A stretch of 44,697 bases of DNA. It comes from Bifidobacterium breve. GTDB taxonomy: Bacteria > Actinomycetota > Actinomycetes > S36-B12. Positions 8,023 to 23,603 of the stretch are shown one piece after another. The stretch lies in the NCBI GenBank assembly GCA_945900705.1, contig CAMDKJ010000003.1, positions 1-44,697 on the forward strand. The letters run 5' to 3'. The position numbers were made by a program, and so were the translations under genes. How positions within the stretch are numbered: position 1 is the first letter of the stretch; every line of letters begins with the position of its first letter. The notes under the pieces were generated by a model. That model searched no databases and was not told where the DNA came from. It worked only from the letters and a program-made list of their open reading frames with translations.

Positions 8023-10028
8023 GGATTTGGCAATGCCGGCATCGATTTCGCAGCACGGACAGTGTCGACGATGGCGCGCATAATCACGGTGGCGTCGTAA
8101 TCCTTCGGCGTAAACACCGCGGCCACCCCGCGCTCACGCAACCAGGTGGCGTCGGCGTCGGGAATGATGCCACCAACGACAACGGGCACCTCGCTTAGGC
8201 CGCGGGCTCGTAAGCCATCAACCACCGCAGGCACTAATGCTCGGTGTGATCCGGACAAAATAGATAGCCCGACGACGTCAACATCCTCGGCAACGGCCGC
8301 CGCCACGATCTGCTCAGGGGTCAACCGGATGCCCTGATAAATTACTTCGAATCCAGCGTCGCGGGCTCGCACCGCTATTTGCTCAGCGCCATTTGAGTGC
8401 CCGTCTAGGCCAGGCTTGCCAACAAGGAGGCGAAGTGGCGACCCACATTCGCGGGAAGTGATCTCGACCGCCTGCCGCACCTCGGCCAAATCCGAACTAA
8501 CCGACCCCACCACGCCGCTAATACCGGTTGGCGCCCGATACTCACCAAAAACCTCACGGAGGGTGGAAGTCCACTCACCGGTGGTGACACCGGCTCGGGC
8601 ACATTCGATGGTCGCACTCATCAAGTTCGCTGAAGTTCTAGCTTTCGCCTGTAGTTCGGCCAGTGCCGTCGCAACGCGGGTGTCATCGCGTGCGGCCCGC
8701 CAAGACTGAAGGTCCGCAATCGCCTGGGATTCAACTTCAGGATCAACAACAAGCACCGCCGAATCAAGATCAGCTAACAGCGGGCTGGCCTCGCTCTCTT
8801 GAAACGCATTAACTCCAACGACTATCTGCTCACCCGATTCAATTCGAGTGCGCCGCTCAGAGTGCGCTTGCACCATCTGCTGCTTCATATAGCCACTGTC
8901 AACCGCCGCGACCGCGCCACCTAGACCCAGCACATAGTCAAGTTCGGCGGTTGCCTCGGCAAGCATTTCAGTCACGATCTTTTCAACAACAACTGAGCCG
9001 GTGAAGAGATCGTCGTACTCCAGCAGATCGCTCTCGAATGCAAGTACTTGTTGAATGCGAAGTGACCACTGCTGATCCCACGGTCGCGGCAGACCTAATG
9101 CCTCGTTCCAGGTCGGCAGTTGGATCGCCCGCGCTCTGGCGTCCTTTGACATAGTGACAGCGAGCATCTCAAGAACTATTCGTTGCACATTGTTTTCAGG
9201 TTGCGACTCGGTCAAGCCCAGTGAATTAACCTGTACGCCGTATCTGAACCTGCGCTGGTCTGGGTTCTGCACTCCGTACCGATCCAAAGTAATGCGATCC
9301 CACATTTCAACGAACGCACGCATTTTGCACATTTCCTCGACGAAGCGCACCCCAGCATTAACGAAGAAGGAAATCCGGGCAACAACGTCACCGAAGTCAT
9401 CCGGGGCCACCTGCCCCGAATCGCGAACGGCATCCAATACCGCAATTGCGGTACTCAACGCATAGGCGATTTCTTGGACGGGAGTCGCCCCAGCCTCTTG
9501 CAGGTGGTAACTGCAGATATTTATCGGGTTCCATTTGGGAATGTTCTGCACCGTATAGGTGACCATGTCCGTGGTCAACCGCAAGGATGGCCCTGGTGGA
9601 AAAACGTAGGTGCCGCGCGATAGATACTCCTTGATGATGTCGTTCTGGGTTGTGCCCTGCAATAAGTTGGCCGGTACGCCAGCGTCTTCGGCGGCAACCA
9701 CGTACAGGGCTAACATCCACATCGCAGTTGCATTGATGGTCATGGAGGTATTCATTTTGTCGAGTGGGATGGCATCTAATAGCATCCGCATATTGCCTAA
9801 GTGCGCAATCGGTACCCCAACTTTGCCAACCTCGCCAAGGGCCATCGGCGAATCCGGGTCGTAACCGGTTTGGGTGGGCAGATCAAATGCCACCGACAGC
9901 CCGGTCTGCCCCTTGGCTAAATTGCGCCGATACAGGGCATTGGACTCACCCGGTGAAGAGTGACCGGCATATGTCCGGATTAACCAAGGTTTGTCCTTGC
10001 GGCGCGAGTTGTCCTTCGAGGCGGTCAC
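8013..10028 (-). CDS. meaA: B12-dependent acyl-CoA mutase, MeaA/ethylmalonyl-CoA mutase type
   Basis: [23 protein letters not shown], and B12-binding [11 protein letters not shown]. Start reassigned to the GTG at 10028. Confidence 0.9.
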   Translation of the reverse strand: MTASKDNSRRKDKPWLIRTYAGHSSPGESNALYRRNLAKGQTGLSVAFDLPTQTGYDPDSPMALGEVGKVGVPIAHLGNMRMLLDAIPLDKMNTSMTINATAMWMLALYVVAAEDAGVPANLLQGTTQNDIIKEYLSRGTYVFPPGPSLRLTTDMVTYTVQNIPKWNPINICSYHLQEAGATPVQEIAYALSTAIAVLDAVRDSGQVAPDDFGDVVARISFFVNAGVRFVEEMCKMRAFVEMWDRITLDRYGVQNPDQRRFRYGVQVNSLGLTESQPENNVQRIVLEMLAVTMSKDARARAIQLPTWNEALGLPRPWDQQWSLRIQQVLAFESDLLEYDDLFTGSVVVEKIVTEMLAEATAELDYVLGLGGAVAAVDSGYMKQQMVQAHSERRTRIESGEQIVVGVNAFQESEASPLLADLDSAVLVVDPEVESQAIADLQSWRAARDDTRVATALAELQAKARTSANLMSATIECARAGVTTGEWTSTLREVFGEYRAPTGISGVVGSVSSDLAEVRQAVEITSRECGSPLRLLVGKPGLDGHSNGAEQIAVRARDAGFEVIYQGIRLTPEQIVAAAVAEDVDVVGLSILSGSHRALVPAVVDGLRARGLSEVPVVVGGIIPDADATWLRERGVAAVFTPKDYDATVIMRAIVDTVRAAKSMPALPNPCA

Positions 10029-10099
10029 CCGGTAAGGGTAGCGAGGCCCAGAACCGAGGTCACCGTGCGGGAACGCCCAAAGTGGGTGAGACTTGCGGC

Positions 10100-10426
10100 G
10101 TGCCCTCCTGGAATGCCTACTCCTTCGCTTTTGGACCCGTAATCGCCGTGCTGGGAATCTTGGTACTCGTCTTGATCCTGCGCTGGGCTTTTGGCCGTGG
10201 CTCCTCCGTGGTTGCTGGCCCGGCGCGTTCTGGCCCCCCTTCTGAGTACGGAATGTTGATCGCCATCGCCTCACCAAGTACCTATATCGAAGGGGAAATC
10301 TGGCGCCGGGGGCTCCAAGAGGCTGGACTGCGGGCGAATCTGGCTCAAACTAACGAGGGCCCAAGGTTGATGGTGTGGCCCGCGGATGTCGAAACCGCCA
10401 AAAAGGTATTAGCTCGCATTAAGTAA
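10100..10426 (+). CDS. Conserved hypothetical membrane-anchored protein (~108 aa)
   Basis: C-terminal part of track ORF 9764-10426; one N-terminal TM helix; fills the gap between meaA and murA. Confidence 0.7.
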   Translation: MPSWNAYSFAFGPVIAVLGILVLVLILRWAFGRGSSVVAGPARSGPPSEYGMLIAIASPSTYIEGEIWRRGLQEAGLRANLAQTNEGPRLMVWPADVETAKKVLARIK

Positions 10427-11696
10427 AAAGCGACTCGGCCTCAATTCGTTCAACTTGGGCGCCGAGCTCACGTAGTGCCGGTACCAAGTCGGCATAACCG
10501 CGATCAATATGCGAAACCCCGTAGATGGTCGTGGTGCCATCGGCTACCAAGCCAGCGAGCACCAAGCCAGCTCCCGCGCGAATATCGGTCGCCTCGACCG
10601 GTGCACCGGATAAATGTGAGCGGCCTCGAACCAAAGCATGATGACCATCGGTTCGCACATCGGCGCCGAGCCGGGCTAACTCCTGGACGAAGCGAAAGCG
10701 CGCTTCGAAGAGATTTTCGGTAACCAGAGCGGCGCCACTAGCGATGGCATTTAGCGCGATGAACTGTGGTTGCAGGTCGGTCGGGAACCCCGGATACGGC
10801 AAAGTGACAACATCGACGGCCAAGGGCCGGTTGTCCATGACCACCCGGAAACCGCCAGCGACATGACTCACCTGAGCACCCGCACTAACTAGTTTGTCTA
10901 GGGCCGCCTCTAGGTGGGCTGGATTCGCGTTCAATACCGTGACATCGCCTTGAGTCATCGCGGCTGCTACCGCCCAGGTACCTGCAACGATGCGATCACT
11001 GACCGTGCAATGCGCCACCGGCTCTAATTGCTCAACGCCTTCGATGGTTAAAGTGGAGGTACCTTCACCGTCAATCGATGCACCCATGTTGATGAGCATC
11101 TGACATATATCAACTATCTCTGGCTCGCGGGCCGCATTGTCGATTACCGTGACACCGTTGGCGGTTACAGCGGCCATTAATATCGTTTCAGTCGCCCCGA
11201 CACTCGGGAAGTCGAGCCAAATTGACCCACCCGTTAATCGCTGCTGGGTCGAGGCAATTAGGTAGCCATGGTCATTGGTGACTTCAGCACCCAATTTCCG
11301 CAAGCCCGCTATATGCATGTCAAGCCCGCGCGAGCCAATGTTGTCGCCACCGGGCAATGCCACATCCGCCGCACCACATCGAGCCAGTAGTGGGCCCAGA
11401 ACGCAAATTGACGCACGCATTCGTCGCACGAGGTCATAGTCGGCTCGGTGGGCCAATATTTCAGGAACCGTGATACTTACTCGCCGAGCAGGGCCATCGT
11501 GGTCGACTTCACATCCGAGGCGACGCAGTAACTCCGCCATAATCTCAACATCCAAGATGTCGGGCACCTCGGTCAATGTCGTGGTGCCCTCAGCCAATAG
11601 GGAGGCCGCCATGAGTTTCAAGACGGAATTCTTCGCGCCGGTCACCCGCACGGTGCCGAACAGGTGTTGCCCGCCGGTGATACTCAAGACCTCCAC
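10419..11696 (-). CDS. murA: UDP-N-acetylglucosamine 1-carboxyvinyltransferase
   Basis: [38 protein letters not shown]. Start at GTG 11696. Confidence 0.96.
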   Translation of the reverse strand: MEVLSITGGQHLFGTVRVTGAKNSVLKLMAASLLAEGTTTLTEVPDILDVEIMAELLRRLGCEVDHDGPARRVSITVPEILAHRADYDLVRRMRASICVLGPLLARCGAADVALPGGDNIGSRGLDMHIAGLRKLGAEVTNDHGYLIASTQQRLTGGSIWLDFPSVGATETILMAAVTANGVTVIDNAAREPEIVDICQMLINMGASIDGEGTSTLTIEGVEQLEPVAHCTVSDRIVAGTWAVAAAMTQGDVTVLNANPAHLEAALDKLVSAGAQVSHVAGGFRVVMDNRPLAVDVVTLPYPGFPTDLQPQFIALNAIASGAALVTENLFEARFRFVQELARLGADVRTDGHHALVRGRSHLSGAPVEATDIRAGAGLVLAGLVADGTTTIYGVSHIDRGYADLVPALRELGAQVERIEAESLFT

Positions 11697-11760
11697 GTAC
11701 GAATCGTACGAGCGCTGGCCGTGAATGTGGCATAGGGTCTGATAAAGCAAAGGAGCCCCC

Positions 11761-12336
11761 ATGGTTAACCTGACCAGGATTTACACCCGCACCGGAGATG
11801 ACGGCACTACCTCACTCGGGGATATGAGCCGGACCGGCAAGAACGACCCGCGCCTGAAGGCCTACGCCGATGTCGATGAGGCCAACTGTGCAATCGGGAT
11901 GGTCCTTGCGGCTACCACACTGCCCGAGGAGATCCAAGCCTTGCTCCTGCGTATACAAAATGACCTATTTGATGTTGGCGCTGACCTGTGCACCCCGGTG
12001 ATTGATAACCCGGTGCACGAACCACTGCGGGTAACCCAGGACTACGTTGACTATTTAGAACAATCCTGTGACAAATACAACGACCAACTTGACCCGCTGC
12101 GTTCATTTATTTTGCCCGGGGGTACCACCGCGGCCGCCCAGCTGCATGTGGCTCGCACGGTGGCACGGCGAGCCGAGAGGTCTATTTGGGCCGCCTTGGA
12201 CACCTATCACGGCGGCATGAATAAACTAACCGCAACATATGTCAACCGACTTAGTGACCTGCTCTTCATTCTCGCGCGCTTCGCCAATAAAGGAGCCGGT
12301 GGCGACGTGTTGTGGCAACCGGGAGTAAACCGCTAG
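11761..12336 (+). CDS. ATP:cob(I)alamin adenosyltransferase, PduO type
   Basis: [34 protein letters not shown]. Confidence 0.95.
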   Translation: MVNLTRIYTRTGDDGTTSLGDMSRTGKNDPRLKAYADVDEANCAIGMVLAATTLPEEIQALLLRIQNDLFDVGADLCTPVIDNPVHEPLRVTQDYVDYLEQSCDKYNDQLDPLRSFILPGGTTAAAQLHVARTVARRAERSIWAALDTYHGGMNKLTATYVNRLSDLLFILARFANKGAGGDVLWQPGVNR

Positions 12337-12363
12337 TCGATCGGGCTGGCGCTACTGCTTTTC

Positions 12364-12729
12364 TCAGTCGAGTTGTCCGAGTGCTCGCAACCTAGCTCGG
12401 CCGCGAGCGGAGGTGCGAGGATCATCCGATGCGGCGTCAGCCTTGGCGGCGTCAGCGTCAATCTCTGATTCAAACTCCGCCGACTCAGCCAAAATGGTCA
12501 CGCCGCTCTCGGTCACCGAGAGGTAGCCCCCATCAACGGCAATGCGCAGGTCATCCTCACCCTCGCGCTCCACCCGAACCATTGCATCGTCAACCAGTTG
12601 GGCCACAACGGGGATATGCCGAGGCAGGATCCCGATCTCGCCAGAGGTCGTGCGCGTGAACAGGAAGGTCGCCTTGCCAGACCAGATCTTGCGTTCGACA
12701 GCGACTATCGTTACATCCAATTCGGCCAT
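12364..12729 (-). CDS. atpC: ATP synthase epsilon subunit (short, mycobacterial-type)
   Basis: [11 protein letters not shown] motif; last gene of the atp operon. Confidence 0.96.
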   Translation of the reverse strand: MAELDVTIVAVERKIWSGKATFLFTRTTSGEIGILPRHIPVVAQLVDDAMVRVEREGEDDLRIAVDGGYLSVTESGVTILAESAEFESEIDADAAKADAASDDPRTSARGRARLRALGQLD

Positions 12730-12762
12730 CTCATAGCACCCTTCGACTCAGCCAAGTCCGCA

Positions 12763-14241
<1,479 letters not shown>

Positions 14242-15164
14242 TTACTTGACGGCATCGGCGAGGGCATTCGCCCCACCGACGATTTCGCTTATTTCCTGGG
14301 TGATCTGGGCCTGGCGTTCGCGGTTCGACATTAAGGTGAGTTCTTTGATTAGGTCATCCGCATTATCAGTGGCTGCTTTCATCGCGCGGCGGCGAGATGC
14401 CGATTCTGAGGCGGCCGACTCAAGTAGTGCTGAGAATATTCGAGTGGCAACATATCGGGGCACCAGCGACTCAAAGAGTGCATCGGCATTGGGCTCGAAG
14501 GAAAACAGGGTCTGTGGGCCAGAGTCTTCCTCGGCGTACTGCACTTCAATCGGCGCGATCCGCCTAGCCTCAGAAGTCTGGGACAGCATCGATCGAAACT
14601 CCGTATACACTAGATGTAGTTCATCTACACCTAAGATTCCGTCCTCACCGGGGTCATCGCCATCATCATCGGCACCGGAGAGGAAGGCGGCAACTAGGGA
14701 GTCCGCGACCTCCTTGGCGTGTTCGTAGGTAGGCCGCTCGGAGATACCCACCCATGAGTTGGTTATCGCCCAATTTCGGAATTTGAAGTAGGTCAGCGCC
14801 TTGCGCCCAATAACGTAGAGGACCGGGGTCTTGCCCTCAAGGCGCAGCATCGCGATCAACTCTTCGGCAAGACGCAAGACATTCGCGTTGTATCCGCCGC
14901 ATAGGCCACGATCGGAGGTAACCACCAGCACCCCGGCGCGCTTGGGGTTCTCACGGGGCACCAACACCGGGTGGTCAAGTGCTGAACCCGATGCCAGATC
15001 GGACAACATGTTCGTGATCTCGTTTGAGTACGGGCGTGCGGCATGAACGCGCGCCTGTGCCTTCGCGATCCGTGACGTCGCGATAAGTTCCTGGGCTTTG
15101 GTGATCTTCTTGATCGACTCCGCAGAGCGGATACGACCGCGAAGTTCGCGTAATGTCGCTGCCA

Positions 15165-15165
<1 letters not shown>
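14242..15165 (-). CDS. atpG: ATP synthase gamma subunit
   Basis: [22 protein letters not shown], and an acidic loop insertion. Confidence 0.98.
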
Positions 15166-16811
<1,646 letters not shown>

Positions 16812-16891
16812 GTTCTTCGTCTTCCTCTTCGTCTTAGTGGTTGTCTGGTTAAGTTAGTGGTTGGCTCGTTAAGATTCGTTTTTTATTGCAG

Positions 16892-18226
16892 CTAACTAGG
16901 CAATTTCAAGGCGGCCACCGCGAGCCGGGAAGACAGGGTTCCGTCAATCACTTCGTCGCCGACAGCGACCGACAAACCGCCTAGCAGACTAGGACCGATG
17001 GTGAGCTGTACTGAAACGGGGTGGTGATAGATCCGAGTGAGCACCTGGTTCAAACGCTGCCGCTGGGCCTCGCTCAGGTCGGACGCGGCACCTACCTCAG
17101 CGACGATTTCGCCGCGCCGTGCTACCGCAAGTTGAGATAAGTCTGCAACGACTTCGTCAAATCGTTCACCGTGGAGCAATTCGATGCTTTGAGCGAGGAG
17201 CGCGATGGTCGTGGCGTTGGCACCGCGGCTGGCATCCAAAATAGAGCGCAGCAATGCGACCCGCCCCGCAGCCGGCTCGTGGTAATCGCTGAGTAGTGAG
17301 GTGAGGCGCGGTTGTGCTTCTAGTACCCGGCCGAATCGGAAAATCTGCTCGGCAACTTCTTCGGCTTGCTGCTCACGCTCTGCCCGCTCTAGCAGGCTCA
17401 GCCTCGAAATGTGCTCAACGCAGTGGACGAAATCCTTGTTGGTAGACCAGCGTGCCGAAACCGCGGTGCTGAGAATTGCCAGGGTGTCAGAGCCAACCTT
17501 GCCAGCGAGTAATTGCTCGAGCATTAGCTTCTTGGCATCAATGACCCCACCGGTATCAGCGAGATAGCGAGCTAGAGTCGATTCGCGCACCAGCAGTGTG
17601 TATATCGCGGCCAATTCAGCGGACAACTTCGTAAGATCGTCGGTGGAAAGGGGCGCCGAAAGCTCGTCGAACTTCGCCACCACCGCTGCTTGCGCGTCGC
17701 GGCTAGCAGGACGCAGATCGGTCGGGCTGACTGCTGGCGCGGTGACCACCGGGGCCATCGCATCCATCTCGTCAAGGAACCTGTCGACCGTGGCGGAGAG
17801 CTCACGCGGGTCGGCTACATGCGCCCTGACTATTTCTTCTGCTCGGCGCAAGGATTCAGTTCCTAGTTCACCGCGCAGCGCGCGAATGAGTTGCGAGCGC
17901 AACAGGAGTACCTGCTGGTCGCCTTGCACTTTGATTCGTTCGGCCTCGACACCACCTTGGATGCGCAACTGCTCGCCAATTCGGACGGAGTCAGATGCGG
18001 CCTCGTCGATGATGTGACGGGCCTCGACACGCCCCTCATCCATCTTCACTGAGCGGTATTGATCGGCATCGGCAAGCCGCTGGGCAGCCTTTGCACTGTC
18101 TTCAAGTTGGGTTCGCACAACCGTCTGGCGCTCGACCATTGCCTTGCGCACCGGCGGAACCACGTACTTCATGATGATAAGAACGATTACGGCGAAACCG
18201 ATGAGTTGCCCAATGAACGTCCCCAT
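16892..18226 (-). CDS. atpH: Fused ATP synthase b-delta subunit
   Basis: N-terminal b-like TM helix and coiled coil joined to a delta/OSCP C-terminus (LLGGLSVAVGDEVIDGTL); 444 aa. Confidence 0.93.
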   Translation of the reverse strand: MGTFIGQLIGFAVIVLIIMKYVVPPVRKAMVERQTVVRTQLEDSAKAAQRLADADQYRSVKMDEGRVEARHIIDEAASDSVRIGEQLRIQGGVEAERIKVQGDQQVLLLRSQLIRALRGELGTESLRRAEEIVRAHVADPRELSATVDRFLDEMDAMAPVVTAPAVSPTDLRPASRDAQAAVVAKFDELSAPLSTDDLTKLSAELAAIYTLLVRESTLARYLADTGGVIDAKKLMLEQLLAGKVGSDTLAILSTAVSARWSTNKDFVHCVEHISRLSLLERAEREQQAEEVAEQIFRFGRVLEAQPRLTSLLSDYHEPAAGRVALLRSILDASRGANATTIALLAQSIELLHGERFDEVVADLSQLAVARRGEIVAEVGAASDLSEAQRQRLNQVLTRIYHHPVSVQLTIGPSLLGGLSVAVGDEVIDGTLSSRLAVAALKLPS

Positions 18227-18756
18227 CAGCCCCTACCCTCCACGTTCGACTGCTGCTTCGATACGTCGGCATCAACACCAAGTATCCGGTTGGCAAGTGT
18301 CAACGAGAGACTCCCCACCGACGCGCTAAGGCTAGGAGCAAGTGACTCGCCTTCAACTTTTAGCGCATCACCGGCCTGCTGTAACTTGTCAGCTACCACG
18401 ACATTGGCATCCGAGCGCAAGTCATCTGCAACCTGGCGACCCTCGGCCCGAGCTTGGTCGCGCAGGCCTCCGGCCTCGGACCTAGCCGCCGCCAATTCCT
18501 GCTTGAACTCGGATTCGGCGGCTACGTCCTGCTCGGCAGCCTGGCGGTTGTCCTGGGCGGTCTGGGCAATCAACCGTTCGCGCTCGTCAAGGACTTGTTG
18601 AACTGGCTTCACCACAAACTTGGCAATCACCCCGAAGACGATGAGGAAAATCGCCAACACGAAGAAGAAGGTGCCGTTGGGGATTAGGAAGTTGGTAGTA
18701 CCAGCCTCCGCCTCAGCAGACAACAATGTCATTCCCGAAATCACAGCTTCACTCAT
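18226..18756 (-). CDS. atpF: ATP synthase subunit b
   Basis: NFLIPNGTFF, one TM helix and a coiled coil. Confidence 0.95.
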   Translation of the reverse strand: MSEAVISGMTLLSAEAEAGTTNFLIPNGTFFFVLAIFLIVFGVIAKFVVKPVQQVLDERERLIAQTAQDNRQAAEQDVAAESEFKQELAAARSEAGGLRDQARAEGRQVADDLRSDANVVVADKLQQAGDALKVEGESLAPSLSASVGSLSLTLANRILGVDADVSKQQSNVEGRG

Positions 18757-18765
18757 TGCGACTCG

Positions 18766-19026
<261 letters not shown>

Positions 19027-19094
19027 TTAATTTCTTGTCGGTTTGCTTTTATTTCTCAGTGGAAATGTCATTAGTGAAATGGCGCATGCGTAGC

Positions 19095-19856
19095 CTAGTG
19101 GTGCGACTCCTCTGTCTCCGTGGCTTGGCTGAAGTAGAGAATTGTTAACAGAGCGAAAATAAAGGCCTGAATCAGTCCGACAAAGAGGTCGAACGTTTTC
19201 CAGATCGCATTGGGTGCCCACATTATGTAAGAGGGCAGCATCGCGATCAGTCCTACCATGATGACGCCGGCGAAGATATTGCCAAAAAGCCGCAGCGACA
19301 GGGAGATTGGTTTGGCGATCTCCTCCACGAGGTTGATCGGGGCGAGGAAGGCCACGTGGCCCTTGGTGACCTTTATGGGGTAACCGATGATGCCGCTTCG
19401 CTTAAAGCCCGCCGCGTGGTAGCAGATGAAGACGAACAGAGCGAGGGCCAGCACGAAGTTGATATCGGAGGCAGGTGGTTTTAGTAACTCAACGGCGCCT
19501 CCCTCGGCCGAGGCGAACTGAAGTGGGAGTACGGATATCCAGTTCGCGATCAAGATGAAAACGAAAAGGCTTACCACCAGTGGAAGCACGAATGGAGCCA
19601 GTGAGAGGCCCATAGACGCTTGCACTTGCCCGCGCATCTGAACGGTCACGGCTTCCCAGAACAACTGAACACCACTTGGCACACCGGTGGAAGTGACCTT
19701 GGCCCGAAGGACGAAAGCAAGTATGAGGGTAACTACCGCGGCCACCAAGGTTGCGTAGATTGTGTCGGTGTTGACCGTCATACCTAACCAGGTAGCAGTG
19801 GTATGGCTGCCGACCTCGATCGAAGTTACGGGGCTGAATTCTTTTATCAAGGTCAC
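19095..19856 (-). CDS. atpB: ATP synthase subunit a
   Basis: [13 protein letters not shown] and [13 protein letters not shown]. Confidence 0.98.
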   Translation of the reverse strand: MTLIKEFSPVTSIEVGSHTTATWLGMTVNTDTIYATLVAAVVTLILAFVLRAKVTSTGVPSGVQLFWEAVTVQMRGQVQASMGLSLAPFVLPLVVSLFVFILIANWISVLPLQFASAEGGAVELLKPPASDINFVLALALFVFICYHAAGFKRSGIIGYPIKVTKGHVAFLAPINLVEEIAKPISLSLRLFGNIFAGVIMVGLIAMLPSYIMWAPNAIWKTFDLFVGLIQAFIFALLTILYFSQATETEESHH

Positions 19857-20302
19857 GACTTCTGGGTCTCCGAATCAACTGGAGCATCGAGCTCACCCTT
19901 GCGGATCTTCATCCAAACAGGAATAACCGTGCTCAGCACTAGGACCACCTGAAACAGTGCGAGGCCAAACAAGACGCCGAAGCCAAATGGTCGAAAGGCG
20001 AATGCGACTACCAGCGCAATAAGGGTGATGACGAGCAGACGGGTCGCAGAGTTCAGCGCCAGCCCGCGCTTAAGTGGGTGATCTTGCGCGGCGATCGCGG
20101 CAACCGACCAACTCACCACCTGTGCATTAGCGAGGCCTAAAACCAGACCGATGGAGAAGAACACGCCAAACATCACCGAGCCCGCAAGGGCGGCCAGCGC
20201 GATTGACACGCCACTTAGAACGATGCAGAACACGGCTAGCCGTGCCGGCCGAAAGACTACGGATGGAAGGACGAACGGCGGCTCTTCCAGAGGCGCTGCC
20301 AA
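19853..20302 (-). CDS. atpI: AtpI-like membrane protein (resembles mycobacterial Rv1303)
   Basis: Four TM segments, HPLKRxLALNSAxRL motif, first gene of the operon, overlaps the atpB start. Confidence 0.8.
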   Translation of the reverse strand: MAAPLEEPPFVLPSVVFRPARLAVFCIVLSGVSIALAALAGSVMFGVFFSIGLVLGLANAQVVSWSVAAIAAQDHPLKRGLALNSATRLLVITLIALVVAFAFRPFGFGVLFGLALFQVVLVLSTVIPVWMKIRKGELDAPVDSETQKS

Positions 20303-20411
20303 AGACCCTCCCGCAAATTTGGCGGACGAAAATAACTTTTTGAAGACCGCGGGCCGAACGCTATCACGGGTTCAAGGGCCCACATTTAAGGGGTGGGATA
20401 CACCTCAGCGA

Positions 20412-21533
20412 CTAGCCGCGAGTGCCACTTCGCAGTTGGTGAACCGCAGCGACCGGGGCCTTGGGCGGACGACGAACCACGAAAATTAACAGACCTAATC
20501 CCACCACAAAACCTGCCACGGCATACGAAATGGGCACAAAAGCAATTGCCACCGCGGTGCCCGCAACCAACGCCGTCCAGGCATACATGATCAAGACAGC
20601 ACGGGCTTGGGAATGCCCCATCTCAAGTAGGCGATGGTGCAGGTGCTGCTTATCGGGGGCAAATGGGTTACGCCCAGCACGGGTGCGGCGCACTACAGCT
20701 AGGAGTAGATCAACCAGCGGAACCGCCATGACCGCGATCGGCAGCAAGATCGGCAGCAAAGTTGGGATAATGGTCGGGCCAGCGAGTGCACTCGGATCAA
20801 TCTGACCCGATAACGTAATCGTGCTCGCCGCGAGCAATAAGCCCAGCATCATGGAGCCGGTATCTCCCATAAAGATGCGCGCCCGGTACACATTGTGGGG
20901 CAAGAACCCAATGCAGATGCCCACCAGAAGTACGGAAACCAAGGTCGCCAAAGTTGCGCGCTCAACCCCGAGCACCACCGAAAGCAGATACGAATAGGCG
21001 AAGAAAGCCCCAGCCGCCACCGCCACGATGCCGGCGGCTAGCCCGTCAAGGCCGTCAATGAAGTTAATGGCGTTAATACTAATTAAGACGATCAAGACGG
21101 TAAAAAGCACACTTGTTAGTGGGTCCAGCACGAAGGTGCCACCGATCGGCAACCAAATAACCGCAATACCTTGAAATGCCATCACGCCCGCGGCTAAGAC
21201 CTGGCCGGCCAATTTAATTGGTGCGTCGAGCCCCCACTTATCGTCGACGATGCCAAGCAAGACAATGATCGCCACCCCGGACAGCAGGGCTAGCGGCGCA
21301 CTACCGGTCTCAAAAACTGAACCCATCATGGGGAGCTTGCTCGCTAGCAATAGTCCGGTAATAAGCCCCAGCATCATCGCTATGCCACCAAGGCGGGGAG
21401 TGGACTCGGCGTGTACATCACGATCGCGTACTTCGGCAACGAATCCGAAACGAATTGCAAAGCGCTCAACAAGTGGCGTTGTCAGATAAGTGACGGCGGC
21501 CGCGGCGAGTAAGCACAATAGATATTCGCGCAC
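20412..21533 (-). CDS. wecA: Polyprenyl-phosphate GlcNAc-1-phosphate transferase (WecA/Rfe, glycosyltransferase family 4)
   Basis: PRLGG, NFIDGLDGL, IFMGDTGS, HLHHRL. Confidence 0.93.
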   Translation of the reverse strand: MREYLLCLLAAAAVTYLTTPLVERFAIRFGFVAEVRDRDVHAESTPRLGGIAMMLGLITGLLLASKLPMMGSVFETGSAPLALLSGVAIIVLLGIVDDKWGLDAPIKLAGQVLAAGVMAFQGIAVIWLPIGGTFVLDPLTSVLFTVLIVLISINAINFIDGLDGLAAGIVAVAAGAFFAYSYLLSVVLGVERATLATLVSVLLVGICIGFLPHNVYRARIFMGDTGSMMLGLLLAASTITLSGQIDPSALAGPTIIPTLLPILLPIAVMAVPLVDLLLAVVRRTRAGRNPFAPDKQHLHHRLLEMGHSQARAVLIMYAWTALVAGTAVAIAFVPISYAVAGFVVGLGLLIFVVRRPPKAPVAAVHQLRSGTRG

Positions 21534-21578
21534 GGCCCCTCCTTTCGGTCAACTCATTCGACATCGATCGGTCAATAG

Positions 21579-22841
21579 TTAGCTCTGCGGGTAGGCCGGG
21601 TGATTCGTTACCAACTCCAACACATCAGCTGCTACCGCGGCAGCGGTCGCTGGCTCACGTACCGCACGACCGATCAATGTGGCAATTTCTTTCATGTTGC
21701 CGGCGTCCATCCCTTGGGTGGTGACCGAAGGTGTACCAACCCGGATACCCGACCCAACCGATGGTGGTTGAGGATCGTATGGAATCGCATTCTTATTCAA
21801 GGTAATACGTGCGGCATCACAGCGAACTTCAGCTTCGGACCCGCTCACGCCAAGGGGCTGCAGATCCACCAGCGCGAGATGGGTATCGGTACCGCCGCTC
21901 ACCGGGCGCATACCTTCGGCCTCCAGGCCCGCAGCCAGTGCCTGCGCATTGACGATGATCTGCTTGGCGTAGTCCTGATAAGCGGGTGTTGCAGCTTCTT
22001 TGAGTGCTACCGCCTTGGCCGCCACCGCATGCATCAGCGGGCCACCTTGCATCATCGGGAATACCGCCTTGTCAATGGCCGCAGCGTGCTCGGCCTTACA
22101 CAAAATCATGCCGCCGCGGGGGCCGCGCAGCACTTTATGGGTGGTGAAAGTAACTACGTCGGCGTATGGCACCGGGCTCGGGATGGCCCGGCCTGCAACT
22201 AATCCGATGAAATGTGCCGCATCAACCATCAAGATGGCGCCCACTTCATCTGCGATGGAGCGAAATGCAGCAAAATCGATGAGCCGCGGATAAGCCGTCG
22301 CGCCGCAGATGATCAATTTGGGCCGGTGTTCAACAGCTAGTGCGCGCACCTGGTCATAGTCAATGAGTTCGGTATCTTTGCGAACGCCATACGAGATCAC
22401 GTTGAACCACTTACCCGAAAAATTGACTTTCGAACCGTGTGTCAGGTGACCGCCATGGGGCAAGCTCATGGCGAGAACGGTCTCACCGGGCATGACGAAA
22501 GCACCGTAGGCAGCGAGATTGGCGCTCGCCCCACTATGGGGCTGGAGGTTGGCATGGTCGGCGCCAAATAGCTCCTTAGCGCGCGCATTGCCGATTTCCT
22601 CGGCGACATCAACTTCAGCGCAACCACCGTAATAGCGCCGGCCGGGGTATCCCTCGGCGTATTTATTACTTAATGTCGAGCCGAGCGCCGCCAAAACGGC
22701 AGGTGAGGTGAAGTTCTCGCTGGCGATCAGCTGCAATCCAGTGCGCAGCCGCTCCAACTCGGCCAGGACGACACCGGCAATTTGTGGATCCTCGGCGGCC
22801 AGCGCGTCGAAATCCGGACCCCAAAATGGCGTGCTGCTCAT
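21579..22841 (-). CDS. glyA: Serine hydroxymethyltransferase
   Basis: [34 protein letters not shown]. Confidence 0.98.
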   Translation of the reverse strand: MSSTPFWGPDFDALAAEDPQIAGVVLAELERLRTGLQLIASENFTSPAVLAALGSTLSNKYAEGYPGRRYYGGCAEVDVAEEIGNARAKELFGADHANLQPHSGASANLAAYGAFVMPGETVLAMSLPHGGHLTHGSKVNFSGKWFNVISYGVRKDTELIDYDQVRALAVEHRPKLIICGATAYPRLIDFAAFRSIADEVGAILMVDAAHFIGLVAGRAIPSPVPYADVVTFTTHKVLRGPRGGMILCKAEHAAAIDKAVFPMMQGGPLMHAVAAKAVALKEAATPAYQDYAKQIIVNAQALAAGLEAEGMRPVSGGTDTHLALVDLQPLGVSGSEAEVRCDAARITLNKNAIPYDPQPPSVGSGIRVGTPSVTTQGMDAGNMKEIATLIGRAVREPATAAAVAADVLELVTNHPAYPQS

Positions 22842-22901
22842 CGAGCTCCCTTGTTGTTGGTGGTCCTAGTCTACGCAATAAGGCCTCGGCTGCCTCTGCA
22901 C

Positions 22902-23591
22902 CTAGACCGCCGTCGAATCGACCAAATCCGGGCAAACCGCCCGCAGCTCCGCTATGCCAACCGCGCCTAACCGAACCACCTCCGGGGCCGGGCCCCGCAG
23001 GTCAACCACGGTGCTGATCATCGCCGCTAAATCAGCGGGTTCGTTTTCGGGAATCACCCCAAGTTCGCCGACGTCAAGGGCGAGCACGATAGCTTCGCCA
23101 AACTGAGCAACGCCATCGTCAACGGTGGTGGCCGCCGGCATCCCGGCCACATTGGCTCCGGTCACCGCCAAGGGGCCTGTTGCTCGCAGCAGTTCAAGAA
23201 GTAGGGGGTGCAGGGGCATTCGCGCCGCAAGTGGGGCATCTTCGGGCAAGTCCCAGGCCAAGGTTGACTGCGGCTCAAAGAGCAAGGTCAACAACCCGGG
23301 CCAAAAGTTGAGCATGAGCGCCCGGGCCGCCGGTAAACCCACGTGCACCGCGAGGCCGCTCATGGTCGCCGCACTGGGCACCATGATTGGCAACGGCACT
23401 TGGTTTGACTGGCTCTTGGCCTTGCGCAAGGAAGCGACTCCACGACTGCTAAATGGGTCGGTCGCCAATGCATAGACACTCTCGGTCGGCACTAAAATCA
23501 AATCGCCGCGTCGAGCAGCTGAAGTAGCGGCATTCAGTGAACGTGGCCGCTCTCCGTTATCGGCGGTAGTACCGCACGCTAGCCGCAACAT
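22902..23591 (-). CDS. tsaC: L-threonylcarbamoyladenylate synthase (Sua5/YrdC family), somewhat divergent
   Basis: PTESVYAL, GPLAVTGAN, STVVDL...RLGA; conserved position after prmC. Confidence 0.85.
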   Translation of the reverse strand: MLRLACGTTADNGERPRSLNAATSAARRGDLILVPTESVYALATDPFSSRGVASLRKAKSQSNQVPLPIMVPSAATMSGLAVHVGLPAARALMLNFWPGLLTLLFEPQSTLAWDLPEDAPLAARMPLHPLLLELLRATGPLAVTGANVAGMPAATTVDDGVAQFGEAIVLALDVGELGVIPENEPADLAAMISTVVDLRGPAPEVVRLGAVGIAELRAVCPDLVDSTAV

Positions 23592-23603
23592 GGTGGCCCC
23601 TTC

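Noticed and set aside
10029-10277. 83-aa Arg-rich N-terminal extension on MeaA
   Set aside because: Antisense overlap with the plus-strand gene at 10100; a better start exists at 10028.
10419-11696. MurA Cys-to-Asp (LPGGD) as acquired fosfomycin resistance
   Set aside because: An intrinsic variant common in Actinomycetota.
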